Part shown: positions 20,518-30,980 of the stretch, piece after piece | How positions within the stretch are numbered: position 1 is the stretch's first letter | Layout: each line of letters opens with the position of its first letter | DNA from: Desulfosoma sp. | Lineage (GTDB): Bacteria > Desulfobacterota > Syntrophobacteria > Syntrophobacterales > DSM-9756 | Direction: 5' to 3' | Length of the DNA stretch: 64,000 bases | NCBI GenBank assembly: GCA_037481835.1 | Contig: JBBFKW010000013.1 | Span: 32,001-96,000 of the forward strand | The notes under the pieces: model-generated | What the model was told of the DNA's origin: nothing | Seen by the model: the letters and a program-made list of their open reading frames with translations, nothing else | Database searches by the model: none | Translations under genes and position numbers: made by a program

Positions 20518-21335
20518 AGACCGCGCATGACAGCGGTTCTTCGCCGGCAAATGAGGCGGCCTTATGCGTGCGCAAGCTCCGCTTCGCCTATGGCGACGCA
20601 GAGGTCCTTCGCCGCGTCTCCTTCGACATCAAGCCGCGAAGTTTTACGGTGCTTTTGGGCCGAAACGGCAGCGGCAAATCGACCCTTTTTCGACTCCTCG
20701 TGGGGCTTTTAAAACCTCGGGAGGGTTCCATTGCGGTTTTCGGCCGAGAACTCCACCAGCTTCCCCTTAGAGAGAGATCGCGTCTGTTGGGATTCCTGCC
20801 CCAGCATCACCATCCGGTCTTTCCTTTCAGCGTAGAGGATGTTGTGCTTACAGGGCGGGCCGCCCACGTGGGGCTTGTGCCCAAGGCGCACGATCGCGCG
20901 GTGGTGCGCGAGGCCCTGGAACAACTGGGAATCGAGCATCTCATTGCCAAACCCTATACGGAATTGTCCGGAGGCGAGCAGCAACTGGTTCTCATCGCGC
21001 GAGTGCTCGCGCAGAAGCCCAAGGTGTTGCTCTTGGACGAGCCCACGTCCCATCTGGATTTTGTCAACGCCCACCGCCTTATGGCCCTCGTGCGAGATAG
21101 CCTCTGTGCTGTGATGACCGTCTTGGCCATTGTGCACGATCCCAACCTTGCCTTCCAACACGGCACGGATTTTCTCTTCCTGGCCGACGGGCACGTGTTC
21201 CAAGCCGATTCCGGCAGGCCCCCATGGAGCTCGGCGCTGCTGGAGCGGGTCTACGGCGTGCCGATGGAAACCGTCCCTTTTGGACAGAGAGCCGTGGTCG
21301 TCCCTGGGGATGTTTCCAAGCCAAGGCAGCCCTGA
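20514..21335 (+). CDS. ABC transporter ATP-binding protein
   Basis: GRNGSGKST, LSGGEQQ, LLLDEPTSHLD; ATGA overlap with the permease. Confidence 0.93.
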   Translation: MKTAHDSGSSPANEAALCVRKLRFAYGDAEVLRRVSFDIKPRSFTVLLGRNGSGKSTLFRLLVGLLKPREGSIAVFGRELHQLPLRERSRLLGFLPQHHHPVFPFSVEDVVLTGRAAHVGLVPKAHDRAVVREALEQLGIEHLIAKPYTELSGGEQQLVLIARVLAQKPKVLLLDEPTSHLDFVNAHRLMALVRDSLCAVMTVLAIVHDPNLAFQHGTDFLFLADGHVFQADSGRPPWSSALLERVYGVPMETVPFGQRAVVVPGDVSKPRQP

Positions 21336-21476
21336 TTTTGACGGCAAAGATGCAGGTGCCGGACAGTGCCCGTGGCCGGAATCCTTGACACTTTTTAACG
21401 GTTTGAGGCATAAGCGTTTTCACCATGCGTGGTGGGAACGGCAAGCCTTCGTCCTCTTTCGTGGGGAGCAGCGGCC

Positions 21477-24400
21477 ATGGCGGCGATCCGGCGGTTTCGG
21501 CACCTGGTGGGGGCGGCAGGGGCGGTTCTGTGCGTGGGAGCGTTCCTTGTCTGTTTCGCCTCCTTGACGCCATGGCCGTGGAGGGCCGCGTCGAAGGCCG
21601 ACGGCAGAGCCACGGCCTGGGCGGCCGATACCGCACGGCAAGGGGCACCCGGTCCGCCGGCGTCCCAAGAGGCGATCCCCCGTCCCCTTCGCGTCGTCCT
21701 GGACGATAATTATCCTCCCTACATCTTTCGAGACACCGAAGGGCGGCTGCGAGGGATCCTCGTCGACCAGTGGGCCTTGTGGGAAAAGCACACCCGCCAC
21801 CCCGTGGAACTCACGGCTACGGATTGGGGGAAGGCCCAGGACCTTTTCCGCCAAGGCCATGCCGATGTCATCGACACGATCTTCCTCACACCGGAGCGGG
21901 CGGCCCTTTACAGTTTCAGCAAGCCCTATGCCGAAATTCCCGTAACCGTCTTTTATCACGAAACGATCTCCGGCATTCCCGAGCCGTCGGCCCTCAAGGG
22001 ATTCGCCGTCGCCGTGAAAGAGGGCGATGCCTGCATCGAGGTGCTCAAGTCCCACGGGATCACGACCTTCCTGCTCTATCCCAGCTACGAAGCCATCGTG
22101 CGTGATGCCGCTTCCGGCAAGGTCAAGATCTTTTGCATCGACGATCCCCCTGCTTTTTATTTTCTGACCAAATACGGAGTTCTCGAGCATTTCCGGAAAG
22201 GCTTCACCTTGTATTCGGGGCAATTCCACCGCGCGGTCCTCAAGGGGCGGGAAGGGCTCTTGCGGTTCGTCGAAGAGGGATTCGACGCCGTGCCCAAGGA
22301 AGCCCTTCGCGACATCGACCGCAAGTGGCTGGGATCGCCTCTGGGGCCCCCCGTCCCGTGGCGCACGGTGGGGTGGGTCGTCGGCGGCCTGGCCCTGGTG
22401 GCCTTTGTGAGCCTCTTGTGGAATGTGCTTTTAAACGCCCGCGTACGCCGAAAAACCTTAGAAATAGAAAGGCTTCTTGCGGAAACCCGGGAGCGGGAGG
22501 AAATCCTCAAAATCACCTTTTCCAGCATGGCCGAAGGCGTCATCACGACGGATGCGCAAGGCCGCGTCCGGGACATGAACCCGCTGGCGGAAAAACTCAC
22601 GGGCTGGTCCCAAAAAGACGCGCAAGGCCGTCCCGTCGAAGAGGTCTTCCGGATTGTCAACGAAAAGACGCGCCGTCCCCCGGACAACCCCGTAGAGTTG
22701 GTTCTTCGACGGGGAATCACCGTCGAGCTCGCCAACCACACAGTGCTCATCGCCCGCGACGGCACGGAACGGCCCATCGCCGACAGCGCCGCCCCCATCC
22801 GGGACGCTCAGGGACAAATGGCCGGGTGCGTCCTGGTCTTCCGGGATCAGACCGAAGAGCGGCGAATGCTCGCCGCACTTCACGAAACCTTGGAAAAATA
22901 CCAGCTCACGCTCCAAGCGGCCTCCATGAGTTCCTGGGACTGGCATGTGGCCGAACGGCGCGTGGTTCGGGACGGGCTGTGGGCCGTCCGGCGGGGGTTG
23001 CGCCCGCAAGAGGTGTGGGAGGAGCCGCAGATTTGGCGGGAAACCGTGCATCCCGAGGATCGTCAGCGGGTGCTCCGCCGGCTTCGGGATCATCTGGAAG
23101 GGCACACGCCATATTTCGAGGCGACCTACCGCGTCCGATGCCTGGATGGATCGTGGGCATGGATGTGGGATCGGGGCAAGGTCATCGCCCGGGACGATTC
23201 GGGAAAAGCTGTGCGGGTGATCGGGATCGAAGTGGACATCACCGCGCAGAAGACCATGGAAACGCGGCTTCGGCTGCTCACGCGGGTCGTCGAGCAGAGC
23301 CCCTTGAGTGTGGTGATCACGGACCCGTCGGGAAAGATCGAATATGTGAACCCCCGGTTCTGCGAACTCACCGGCTACGAAATGCGGGAGGTGATCGGGG
23401 AAAATCCCCGTATCCTCCAGTCGGGCACAACCCCTCGAGAAACCTACGACGCCCTGTGGAAGACCATCACGAGCGGCCAGGTGTGGAAAGGGGTTTTTTG
23501 CAATCGGAAAAAGGACGGAACGCTGTACTGGGAGGAGGCGGTCATTTGCCCCATCGTGGATGATTCGGGCCGGATCAGCCACTACGTGGGCCTGAAGGAG
23601 GACATCACCGCCAAGAAACGGCTGGAGGATCAACTCATCCAAGCCCAAAAGCTGGAGTCCGTGGGCCGTCTGGCGGGAGGGGTGGCCCACGATTTCAACA
23701 ACGCGTTGCAAATCATCATGGGTTACGCCGAAGTGGCCCTGGGCTTTGTCGATTCCCATGACCGAATCCATCGCATGCTCACCGAAATCCATAAGGCGGC
23801 TCAGCGATCGGCGGGCGTGGTCCGGCAACTGCTCACCTTCGCCCGCAAGGAAGTCATTCGCCCCGTGGCGCTCAACCTGAACGAACATCTCGTGGAAACC
23901 CACCGCATGTTCCAGCGCCTCATCGGCGAGGAGATCCAGTTGGAACTCCGTGCGGGCGAAAATCTCTGGCCGGTTCTTTTGGACCCTTCCCAGGCGGACC
24001 AAATGGTGGCCAATCTGGTCATCAACGCCCGGGACGCCATCGAAAGGGCGGGGAAAATCGTCATCGAAACGGAAAACGTGATCCTGGACGGACGCCGAAG
24101 AGCCGGCCCGGTCTTCATTCCCGAAGGGGAATATGTCCGCCTTTCCGTAGAGGATACGGGCTGCGGCATGGACCCGCAAACCTTGGAACGGATTTTCGAG
24201 CCCTTCTTCACCACCAAGGAAGTGGGCAAAGGAACGGGACTCGGCCTGTCCACGGTCTACGGGATCGTGAAGCAAAACAGCGGATGGATCGACGTGACGA
24301 GTCATCCCGGTCGAGGGACCCGGTTCGACCTCTTTTTCCCCCGGCTATCCCCGCAATCCGTCGAGGGCGCTCGAGACTCGGGGACGGCCGACCGAGAGGA

Positions 24401-24815
24401 CGTGCAAGGGGCCGGGGAAACCCTCCTCCTGGTGGAAGATGAGCCCACCATCCTGGATCTGGCCCAATCCATACTGGAAAGCAGCGGATTTCGGGTGGTG
24501 AGCTTCCAGAACCCCGAAGAGGCCGTGCGGTGGGCCGAAGGGCACCCCGGGCCGCTCCATCTGGTGATCACCGATGTGGTCATGCCGACCATGAGCGGCC
24601 GGGAAGTGTGGGATCGAGTCAAGAAAGCCCATCCCCACGTGCCGTGCCTTTTCATGTCCGGCTATACGGCCGATATCCTGATTCACCGCGGCGTGGGAGC
24701 CGAAGAAACCCACTTTATCCACAAGCCCTTCACGGCGGACGCCCTTTTGTGGAAGATCCGCGAGGTGCTCTTCGCCGACCGATCCCCCACCGATCGGCCG
24801 TTGCGGAAGTCCTGA
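21477..24815 (+). CDS. Hybrid sensor kinase (periplasmic SBP, 3 PAS, HisKA, HATPase, REC)
   Basis: DDNYPPY SBP domain, TM, PAS/PAC repeats, LAGGVAHDFNN, FFTTKEVGKGTGLGLS, LLVEDE...DVVMP. Start at 21477 or 21429. Confidence 0.92.
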   Translation: MAAIRRFRHLVGAAGAVLCVGAFLVCFASLTPWPWRAASKADGRATAWAADTARQGAPGPPASQEAIPRPLRVVLDDNYPPYIFRDTEGRLRGILVDQWALWEKHTRHPVELTATDWGKAQDLFRQGHADVIDTIFLTPERAALYSFSKPYAEIPVTVFYHETISGIPEPSALKGFAVAVKEGDACIEVLKSHGITTFLLYPSYEAIVRDAASGKVKIFCIDDPPAFYFLTKYGVLEHFRKGFTLYSGQFHRAVLKGREGLLRFVEEGFDAVPKEALRDIDRKWLGSPLGPPVPWRTVGWVVGGLALVAFVSLLWNVLLNARVRRKTLEIERLLAETREREEILKITFSSMAEGVITTDAQGRVRDMNPLAEKLTGWSQKDAQGRPVEEVFRIVNEKTRRPPDNPVELVLRRGITVELANHTVLIARDGTERPIADSAAPIRDAQGQMAGCVLVFRDQTEERRMLAALHETLEKYQLTLQAASMSSWDWHVAERRVVRDGLWAVRRGLRPQEVWEEPQIWRETVHPEDRQRVLRRLRDHLEGHTPYFEATYRVRCLDGSWAWMWDRGKVIARDDSGKAVRVIGIEVDITAQKTMETRLRLLTRVVEQSPLSVVITDPSGKIEYVNPRFCELTGYEMREVIGENPRILQSGTTPRETYDALWKTITSGQVWKGVFCNRKKDGTLYWEEAVICPIVDDSGRISHYVGLKEDITAKKRLEDQLIQAQKLESVGRLAGGVAHDFNNALQIIMGYAEVALGFVDSHDRIHRMLTEIHKAAQRSAGVVRQLLTFARKEVIRPVALNLNEHLVETHRMFQRLIGEEIQLELRAGENLWPVLLDPSQADQMVANLVINARDAIERAGKIVIETENVILDGRRRAGPVFIPEGEYVRLSVEDTGCGMDPQTLERIFEPFFTTKEVGKGTGLGLSTVYGIVKQNSGWIDVTSHPGRGTRFDLFFPRLSPQSVEGARDSGTADREDVQGAGETLLLVEDEPTILDLAQSILESSGFRVVSFQNPEEAVRWAEGHPGPLHLVITDVVMPTMSGREVWDRVKKAHPHVPCLFMSGYTADILIHRGVGAEETHFIHKPFTADALLWKIREVLFADRSPTDRPLRKS

Positions 24816-24870
24816 GAAAGGGCCGCCGGGCGGCCCTGAAACGCCATCCGGCCGTTTGGACCACATCGGC

Positions 24871-24900
24871 TTGACTCCATGAGAAAGGGTGCTTTATAAC
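24871..24900 (+). promoter_or_regulatory. Sigma70-like promoter of the hdr-flx cluster
   Basis: TTGACT-N18-TATAAC about 140 nt upstream of the ATG at 25042. Confidence 0.5.
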
Positions 24901-25041
24901 CCCGAGGGTATGCGGCCGTGCAGGACACTTGCCCGTCGCGTTGTCGCTTTTTCGAAGCGGCGCCGCTCCGGCACATCCGGCGCCACGGCCGATCCCGAGC
25001 GGTGTTTCTTTTGGAATCTAATGTGGATAGGGAGAAAGACC

Positions 25042-28000
25042 ATGAATTCGAGCGCAAGCGGTAACCCAATGGTCGGATCGGTCTTGGTCGTCGGCGGCGG
25101 CATTGCGGGCATGCAATCGGCCCTGGATTTGGCGGAAATGGGCTACTATGTCTACATGGTGGAAAAGGAACCCTCCATCGGCGGGGTGATGGCCCAGCTG
25201 GACAAGACTTTTCCCACCAATGACTGTGCCATGTGAATTATCTCGCCCAAACTGGTCGAGGTCGGCCGGCATCTGAACATCGAGCTTCTCACGTTGAGCG
25301 AAGTGGAAGAAGTCACGGGGGAACCCGGCGATTTTCGGGTGAAAGTCCGCCGAAAACCCCGGTTCATCGATTTGGACAAATGCACGGGCTGCGGGGAATG
25401 CGCCCGCGTGTGTCCCGTGGCCCTGAAAAACGAATACGATATGGGCTTGAGCGAGCGCCGGGCGGCCTACCGCCGGTACGCTCAGGCCGTTCCCGGGGCC
25501 TTTGCCATCGAAAAGCGAGGAACGTCCCCGTGCAAAGCCACCTGCCCCGCCCACATTTCCGTGCAGGGCTACGTGGCGCTGGCGGCTCAAGGGCGTTATC
25601 GCGAAGCCCTGGAACTCATCAAGAAGGACAATCCCCTTCCGGCCATCTGCGGCCGGGTGTGCCATCATCCCTGCGAGACGGCGTGCATGCGGGGAAAAGT
25701 CGATGAGCCGGTGGCCATCGATTTCATCAAACGCTACATCGCCGATTTGGACCTCAAGGCGGAAACCCGCTTCGTCCCGGAAATCAAGGAAAAGCGTGAC
25801 GAAAAAGTGGCCGTGATCGGTTCAGGCCCGGCGGGGCTGACTTGTGCCTACTATCTCGCCGTGGAAGGCTATAAGGTCACCGTTTTCGAAAAACTCCCCG
25901 TCCTCGGCGGCATGCTCACGGTGGGCATCCCGTCCTATCGCCTGCCGCGGGACATTATCGAAGCGGAAATCCAGGTCATCCGGGACCTGGGTGTGGAATT
26001 CAAAACCGGGGTGGAAATCGGCAAGGATTTCACCATCGGGCAGCTTCGCGAGCAGGGTTACAAGGCGTTCTTCATCGGGATCGGGGCCCACGAATGCAAG
26101 AAGTTGGGGATCGAAGGCGAGGATCTCCAGGGGGTTTATCCCGGCGTCCAGTACCTGCGTGAGGTGAACCTGGGGAACCGGATCTTCCTCGGCGACCGGG
26201 TCGCCGTCGTGGGCGGCGGCAACGTGGCCATGGACTGCGTGCGCACGGCCTTGAGGACCGGATCCAAGAAGCCTTTTATCGTCTATCGTCGAAGCCGTGC
26301 CGAAATGCCGGCCAACGAGGAAGAGATCGAAGAATGCCATGAGGAAGGCATCGAGATTCTCACCCTCACCAACCCCGTGCGGGTGATCGGCGAAAACGGC
26401 CGGGTCAAGGCCATCGAATGCGTCAAGATGGAACTGGGCGAACCGGACGCCAGCGGACGGCGTCGGCCTGTAGCCGTCAAGGGGTCCAACTTCATCATCG
26501 AAGTGGATGCGGTGATCGCCGCCATCGGCCAGGAAACGGATTGGGCGTGCCTCACCCCGGAATGTGCGTGTTCGCTGAGCGACTGGCGCACCCTCAAGGT
26601 GGATCCGCTCACCCTCCAATCGGACGATCCTGACATCTTCGCCGGAGGGGATGCGGTCACGGGGCCGGCGACCGTCATCGAAGCCATTGCGGCGGGAAAA
26701 GAGGCGGCGGAATCCATCCATCGGTATGTGCGCGGCGAAGACTTGCGCCAAGGGCGGGAAAAGCGCTGGGAAGCCGTCCGGGACGTCCCGACGGAAGGCT
26801 ACGACCGGATCCCGCGGGAACGCATGCCTCGCCTGAAGCCCGATGAGCGCCTCGGCAATTTTAACGAAGTGCAGTTGGGCTTCACGGAAGAACAGGTGCG
26901 GCGCGAAGCGCAGCGCTGCTTGGACTGCGGCGTGTGTTCCGAATGCTACCGCTGCGTGGATGCGTGCTTGGCCAACGCCGTGGTGCACGACGACACGGAG
27001 CGGATCGAAGAAATCCGCGTAGGTGCGGTGGTTCTCGCGCCCGGATTTGAACCGTTCGATCCCGCCGTCTACGACACCTACGGCTACAGGCGGCTTGCCA
27101 ACGTCATGACGGCCATGGAATTCGAACGGCTCCTTTCGGCCTCGGGGCCCACCATGGGTCATGTGGTGCGGCCGTCGGACCACAAGGAACCCAAGAAGAT
27201 CGCCTGGCTCCAGTGCGTGGGGTCTCGGGACATCCACCACTGCGACCATGCCTACTGTTCGGCCGTGTGCTGCATGTACGCCATCAAGGAAGCCGTGATC
27301 GCCAAGGAACATGCCGGAAAGGACCTGGAAACGGCCATCTTCTTCATGGACATGCGCACCCACGGCAAGGACTTCGAAAAATACTACAACCGGGCCAAGG
27401 ACGAGCACGGCGTGCGTTTCATCCGATCGCGCGTCCACAGCCTGGAAGAAGTCCCGGGCAGCGGCGGCGATGTGGAAGTCCATTATGTGACGGAAGACGG
27501 CCGCGTGGTTTCCGAAGTGTTCGACTTGGTTGTTTTGTCCGTGGGGCTTCAGACGCCCGACGAGGCGAAAAAACTGGCCGAACGGCTCCAGGTGAAACTG
27601 AACGACGATTTCTTCGCCGAACATTCCTCCTTCGAACCCGTGGCCAGTTCGCGGCCCGGCGTTTTCGTCTGCGGTGCGTTCCAGGGCCCGAAAGACATTC
27701 CCCAATCGGTCATGGAGGCGAGTGCCGCGGCGGCCGCTGCGGGACGGCTCCTGGGCGCCGTGCGGGGGACTCTGGTCAAGGAAAAGGAGATACCGGCTCA
27801 GCGCAATGTCTACGGGGAACCCCCGCGGATCGGCGTCTTCGTCTGCCATTGCGGCATCAACATCAGTGGTGTGGTGGATGTGAGGGCCGTGGCCGAGTAC
27901 GCCAAGACCTTGCCGTACGTGGAATACGTCACGGACAACCTCTACACGTGTTCGCAGGATACCCAGGAGGTCCTGAAGAAGGTCATCCGCGAACACAACC

Positions 28001-29475
28001 TGAACCGGATCGTGGTGGCGGCCTGCACGCCCAGGACCCATGAACCCCTGTTCCAGGAAACCATGGCCGATGCGGGGCTCAACAAGTATTTGTTCGAAAT
28101 GGCCAATATCCGCAACCAGGATTCCTGGGTGCACGGCATGGATCCCGCCATGGCCACGGAAAAGGCCAAAGACCTGGTGCGCATGGCCGTGGCCAAGGTG
28201 GCCTTGTTGGAACCGCTGCCGGAACCGGAGCTTTCCGTGACGCGCAAGGCTCTCGTGGTCGGCGGTGGGGTTTCGGGCATGACGGCGGCCTTGAGCCTGG
28301 CCGATCAGGGCTATCCCGTGGATCTGGTGGAAAGCGGTGCGGAACTGGGCGGCCAGGCCCTGAAGCTCAACACCACCTGGCGCGGGGAAGACATCCAGGC
28401 CTATGTGGCGGACTTACGCCGTCGGGTTTTGGAGCATCCGCGGATCGCGGTTCACCTGAACGCCCGGCTCGCCCAGGTGGAGGGCTTCGTTGGAAACTTC
28501 AAGTCCGTGATCCAAAACGGGGCCGACCCCGTCACGGTGGAACACGGCGTGGCCGTCATCGCCACGGGCGGTCGGGAATTCAAGCCCGACGAATACCTTT
28601 ACGGGCAGGACCCGAGGGTGCTGACCCACCTGGAACTGGACGAAAGACTGCGGGCCCGGGACCCTGCGATCCAACAGGCCGGATCCTTCGTCTTCATCCA
28701 ATGCGTGGGCAGCCGGGAACCGCAACGCCCCTACTGCAGCCGCGTGTGCTGTACCCACACGATCCACAGCGCCTTGGAAATCAAGAAGCGCAATCCCGAT
28801 GCGGACGTCTACGTCCTCTATCGGGACATCCGAAGCTATGGCGAACGGGAGCGGCTTTACCAGGAAGCGCGCCGCTCCGGCGTCCTGTTCATCCGATACT
28901 CCCTTGAAGACAAACCCAAGGTGGCCACAGCCGACGGCGCTCTAACCGTAACGGTCACCGACCACATTCTCCGACGGCCGCTGAATCTGCGCGCCGACTT
29001 CATCACCCTGGCCACGGCCATCCTGCCCAACGCCGACGAAGCCTTGGCCCAGCTGTTCAAGGTGCCCATGAACGAAGAAGGGTTCCTCATCGAAGCCCAC
29101 GCCAAGCTCAGGCCGGTGGATTTCGCCACGGACGGCGTCTTTCTGTGCGGCTTGGCCCATTACCCCAAGCCGTTGGATGAAAGCATCGCCCAGGCGCAGG
29201 CGGCGGCGGCCCGAGCGGCCACGATCCTGGCTCGGGACCGCATTCACTTTCCGGGGACGGTGGCGCGGACCAATCCGTTCCTGTGCAGTGCGTGCGGCAC
29301 GTGCGTGGCCATCTGCCCGTATTCGGCGCCTCGGTTTAACGAGCGCGGAGTGGCGGAAATCAACCCCGCCCTGTGCAAGGGGTGCGGCTTGTGCGTCGCC
29401 TCGTGCCGATCCGGCGCGATCCAGCTCCAAGGGTTCGACGATGCCCAAATCTTCACCATGATCGACAGCCTCTAA
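25042..29475 (+). CDS. Large HdrA-like (HdrL-type) flavin/Fe-S selenoprotein, 1477 aa, Sec65
   Basis: ORFs 24889-25236 and 25294-29475 are in frame. TGA at 25234-25236 lies in [18 protein letters not shown], where HdrA has Cys. Domains: FAD GGGIAG, ferredoxin, inserted GltD-like module ([23 protein letters not shown]), HdrA core, second HdrA module, C-terminal 2x[4Fe-4S]. Confidence 0.92.
25252..25269 (+). promoter_or_regulatory. Putative bacterial SECIS hairpin (hdrA-like gene)
   Basis: ctggtcg-[aggt]-cggccgg, 7-bp stem with G-U pairs, beginning 15 nt after the TGA, with G-G-U in the loop. Confidence 0.65.
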
Positions 29476-29499
29476 AGCGTGACGGTGGGAGCGAACACG

Positions 29500-29976
29500 A
29501 TGAATTCCTGGGAACCCAAAATCATAGCATTCCTGTGCAACTGGTGCTCCTACGGAGCCGCCGACCTTGCCGGCGTGAGCCGCCTGCAATATCCCGTGAA
29601 CATCCGAGTCATCCGGGTGCCGTGCAGCGGCCGCATCAACCCCAAGTTCATCCTGGCGGCTTTCCGCCATGGGGCGGACGGCGTGTGGGTGTCGGGATGC
29701 CACCCCGGCGATTGCCATTACATCGAAGGCAACTACTACGCCCGGCGCAAATTCGCCGTGGTCAAGAGCCTGCTGGAACACACGGGCCTGGAACCGGGCC
29801 GCCTCCATTTTTCGTGGATTTCTTCAGCGGAGGCGTCCAAGTTCGCCGAAACGGCGCGAGAGGTCGTGGAGGCCGTGCGGGCTGTGGGGCCGGCCAGGCA
29901 TTTCATCAAGACGAAACCGATGTGGGACGATATCGAGGCTCCTCTGAAGGCGGCCTGTCAAGCTGAGGTGGGTTAG
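29500..29976 (+). CDS. MvhD/FlxD-like [2Fe-2S] subunit
   Basis: AFLCNWCSYGAADLAG, RVPCSGR, GCHPGDCHY..GN, WISSAE. Confidence 0.92.
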   Translation: MNSWEPKIIAFLCNWCSYGAADLAGVSRLQYPVNIRVIRVPCSGRINPKFILAAFRHGADGVWVSGCHPGDCHYIEGNYYARRKFAVVKSLLEHTGLEPGRLHFSWISSAEASKFAETAREVVEAVRAVGPARHFIKTKPMWDDIEAPLKAACQAEVG

Positions 29977-30927
29977 ATGCACGCATACACGGAAAAAATT
30001 CGAGAGGCGGCCCAAAGACTTCTTGCGGACAAGAAGGTGGACGGGGTGATCGGGTTTCGGCAGGGGACCATCCCCATGATGAGCGAACCCGTCTTCATCC
30101 GCCATGCGGACCAGGTCCATCAATTGACGTGGAACGGTTTCTGCGGCGTCAACCTGGCCAATTATCTGGTCAAGCGCAAAGACCGGGTGGCCGTCGTCGC
30201 CAAGGGCTGCGACAGCCGAAACATCGTGCTCCAACTCCAGGAAAACCAGATCCGTCGCGATCAGCTTTACATTCTCGGGGCTCCCTGCCACGGGATGGTG
30301 GATCGCCGCAAAGTCTGGGCGTTCCTTAAAGGACGGGATCCCCTGCAGGCGACGGAAGACGGCGATTCGCTGCGGGTTTCGGGCCGGGACTTTGAAGAAG
30401 TCGTGGATCGGCAGGCGTTTTTGCAGGACAACTGCCGCATCTGCACGCACCGGAATCCTGTGATCTACGACGAGCTGTTGGGGGATCCGGTGCCGGAACA
30501 GGCGGGCGTGGACCGCTACGAAGACGTTCGCCGCGTGGAAGCCATGGGATCCGAAGAACGCTGGCGGTATTTCGAGGATCTCATCGCTTCGTGCATTCGC
30601 TGCTATGCATGCCGCAATGCCTGCCCCATGTGTTACTGCCCCACCTGTTTCGTGGACGAATCCCGGCCCCAGTGGGTGGGCAAGACCCTGGATCCGACGG
30701 ATACCCGCACGTTTCACCTCCTGCGGGCCATTCACATGGCCGGCCGGTGCACCGACTGCGGTGCCTGCGAACGGGCCTGTCCCATGGGCATCGCCGTGCG
30801 GCAGTTCACCAAGAAGCTCGAAAAGGACATCAAGGAACTCTACGGCTACGAAGCCGGCGTGGTCCCGGAAGGGCGGCCGCCTCTGGATACCTACAGGCCC
30901 GATGACCCTCAAGATTTCATCAAATAA
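29977..30927 (+). CDS. FlxC-like 4Fe-4S protein
   Basis: KGCD, CRIC, CIRCYACRNACPMCYCPTC, GRCTDCGACERACP. Confidence 0.85.
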   Translation: MHAYTEKIREAAQRLLADKKVDGVIGFRQGTIPMMSEPVFIRHADQVHQLTWNGFCGVNLANYLVKRKDRVAVVAKGCDSRNIVLQLQENQIRRDQLYILGAPCHGMVDRRKVWAFLKGRDPLQATEDGDSLRVSGRDFEEVVDRQAFLQDNCRICTHRNPVIYDELLGDPVPEQAGVDRYEDVRRVEAMGSEERWRYFEDLIASCIRCYACRNACPMCYCPTCFVDESRPQWVGKTLDPTDTRTFHLLRAIHMAGRCTDCGACERACPMGIAVRQFTKKLEKDIKELYGYEAGVVPEGRPPLDTYRPDDPQDFIK

Positions 30928-30980
30928 GCCGACCACGGTGCGCGCATCAGCCGAGAACGAACGCGACAGAGGATGGACCC

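Noticed and set aside
25042..25293. hdrA-like gene (and likewise the hdrD-like gene) as a nonsense pseudogene
   Set aside because: Each stop is TGA at a conserved Cys position with a downstream hairpin; two such cases in one operon favour selenocysteine.
29500..29560. Selenocysteine in the MvhD/FlxD-like subunit or in the peroxiredoxin at 44077
   Set aside because: Both families can carry Sec, but here the codons are TGC/TGT and the frames are uninterrupted.
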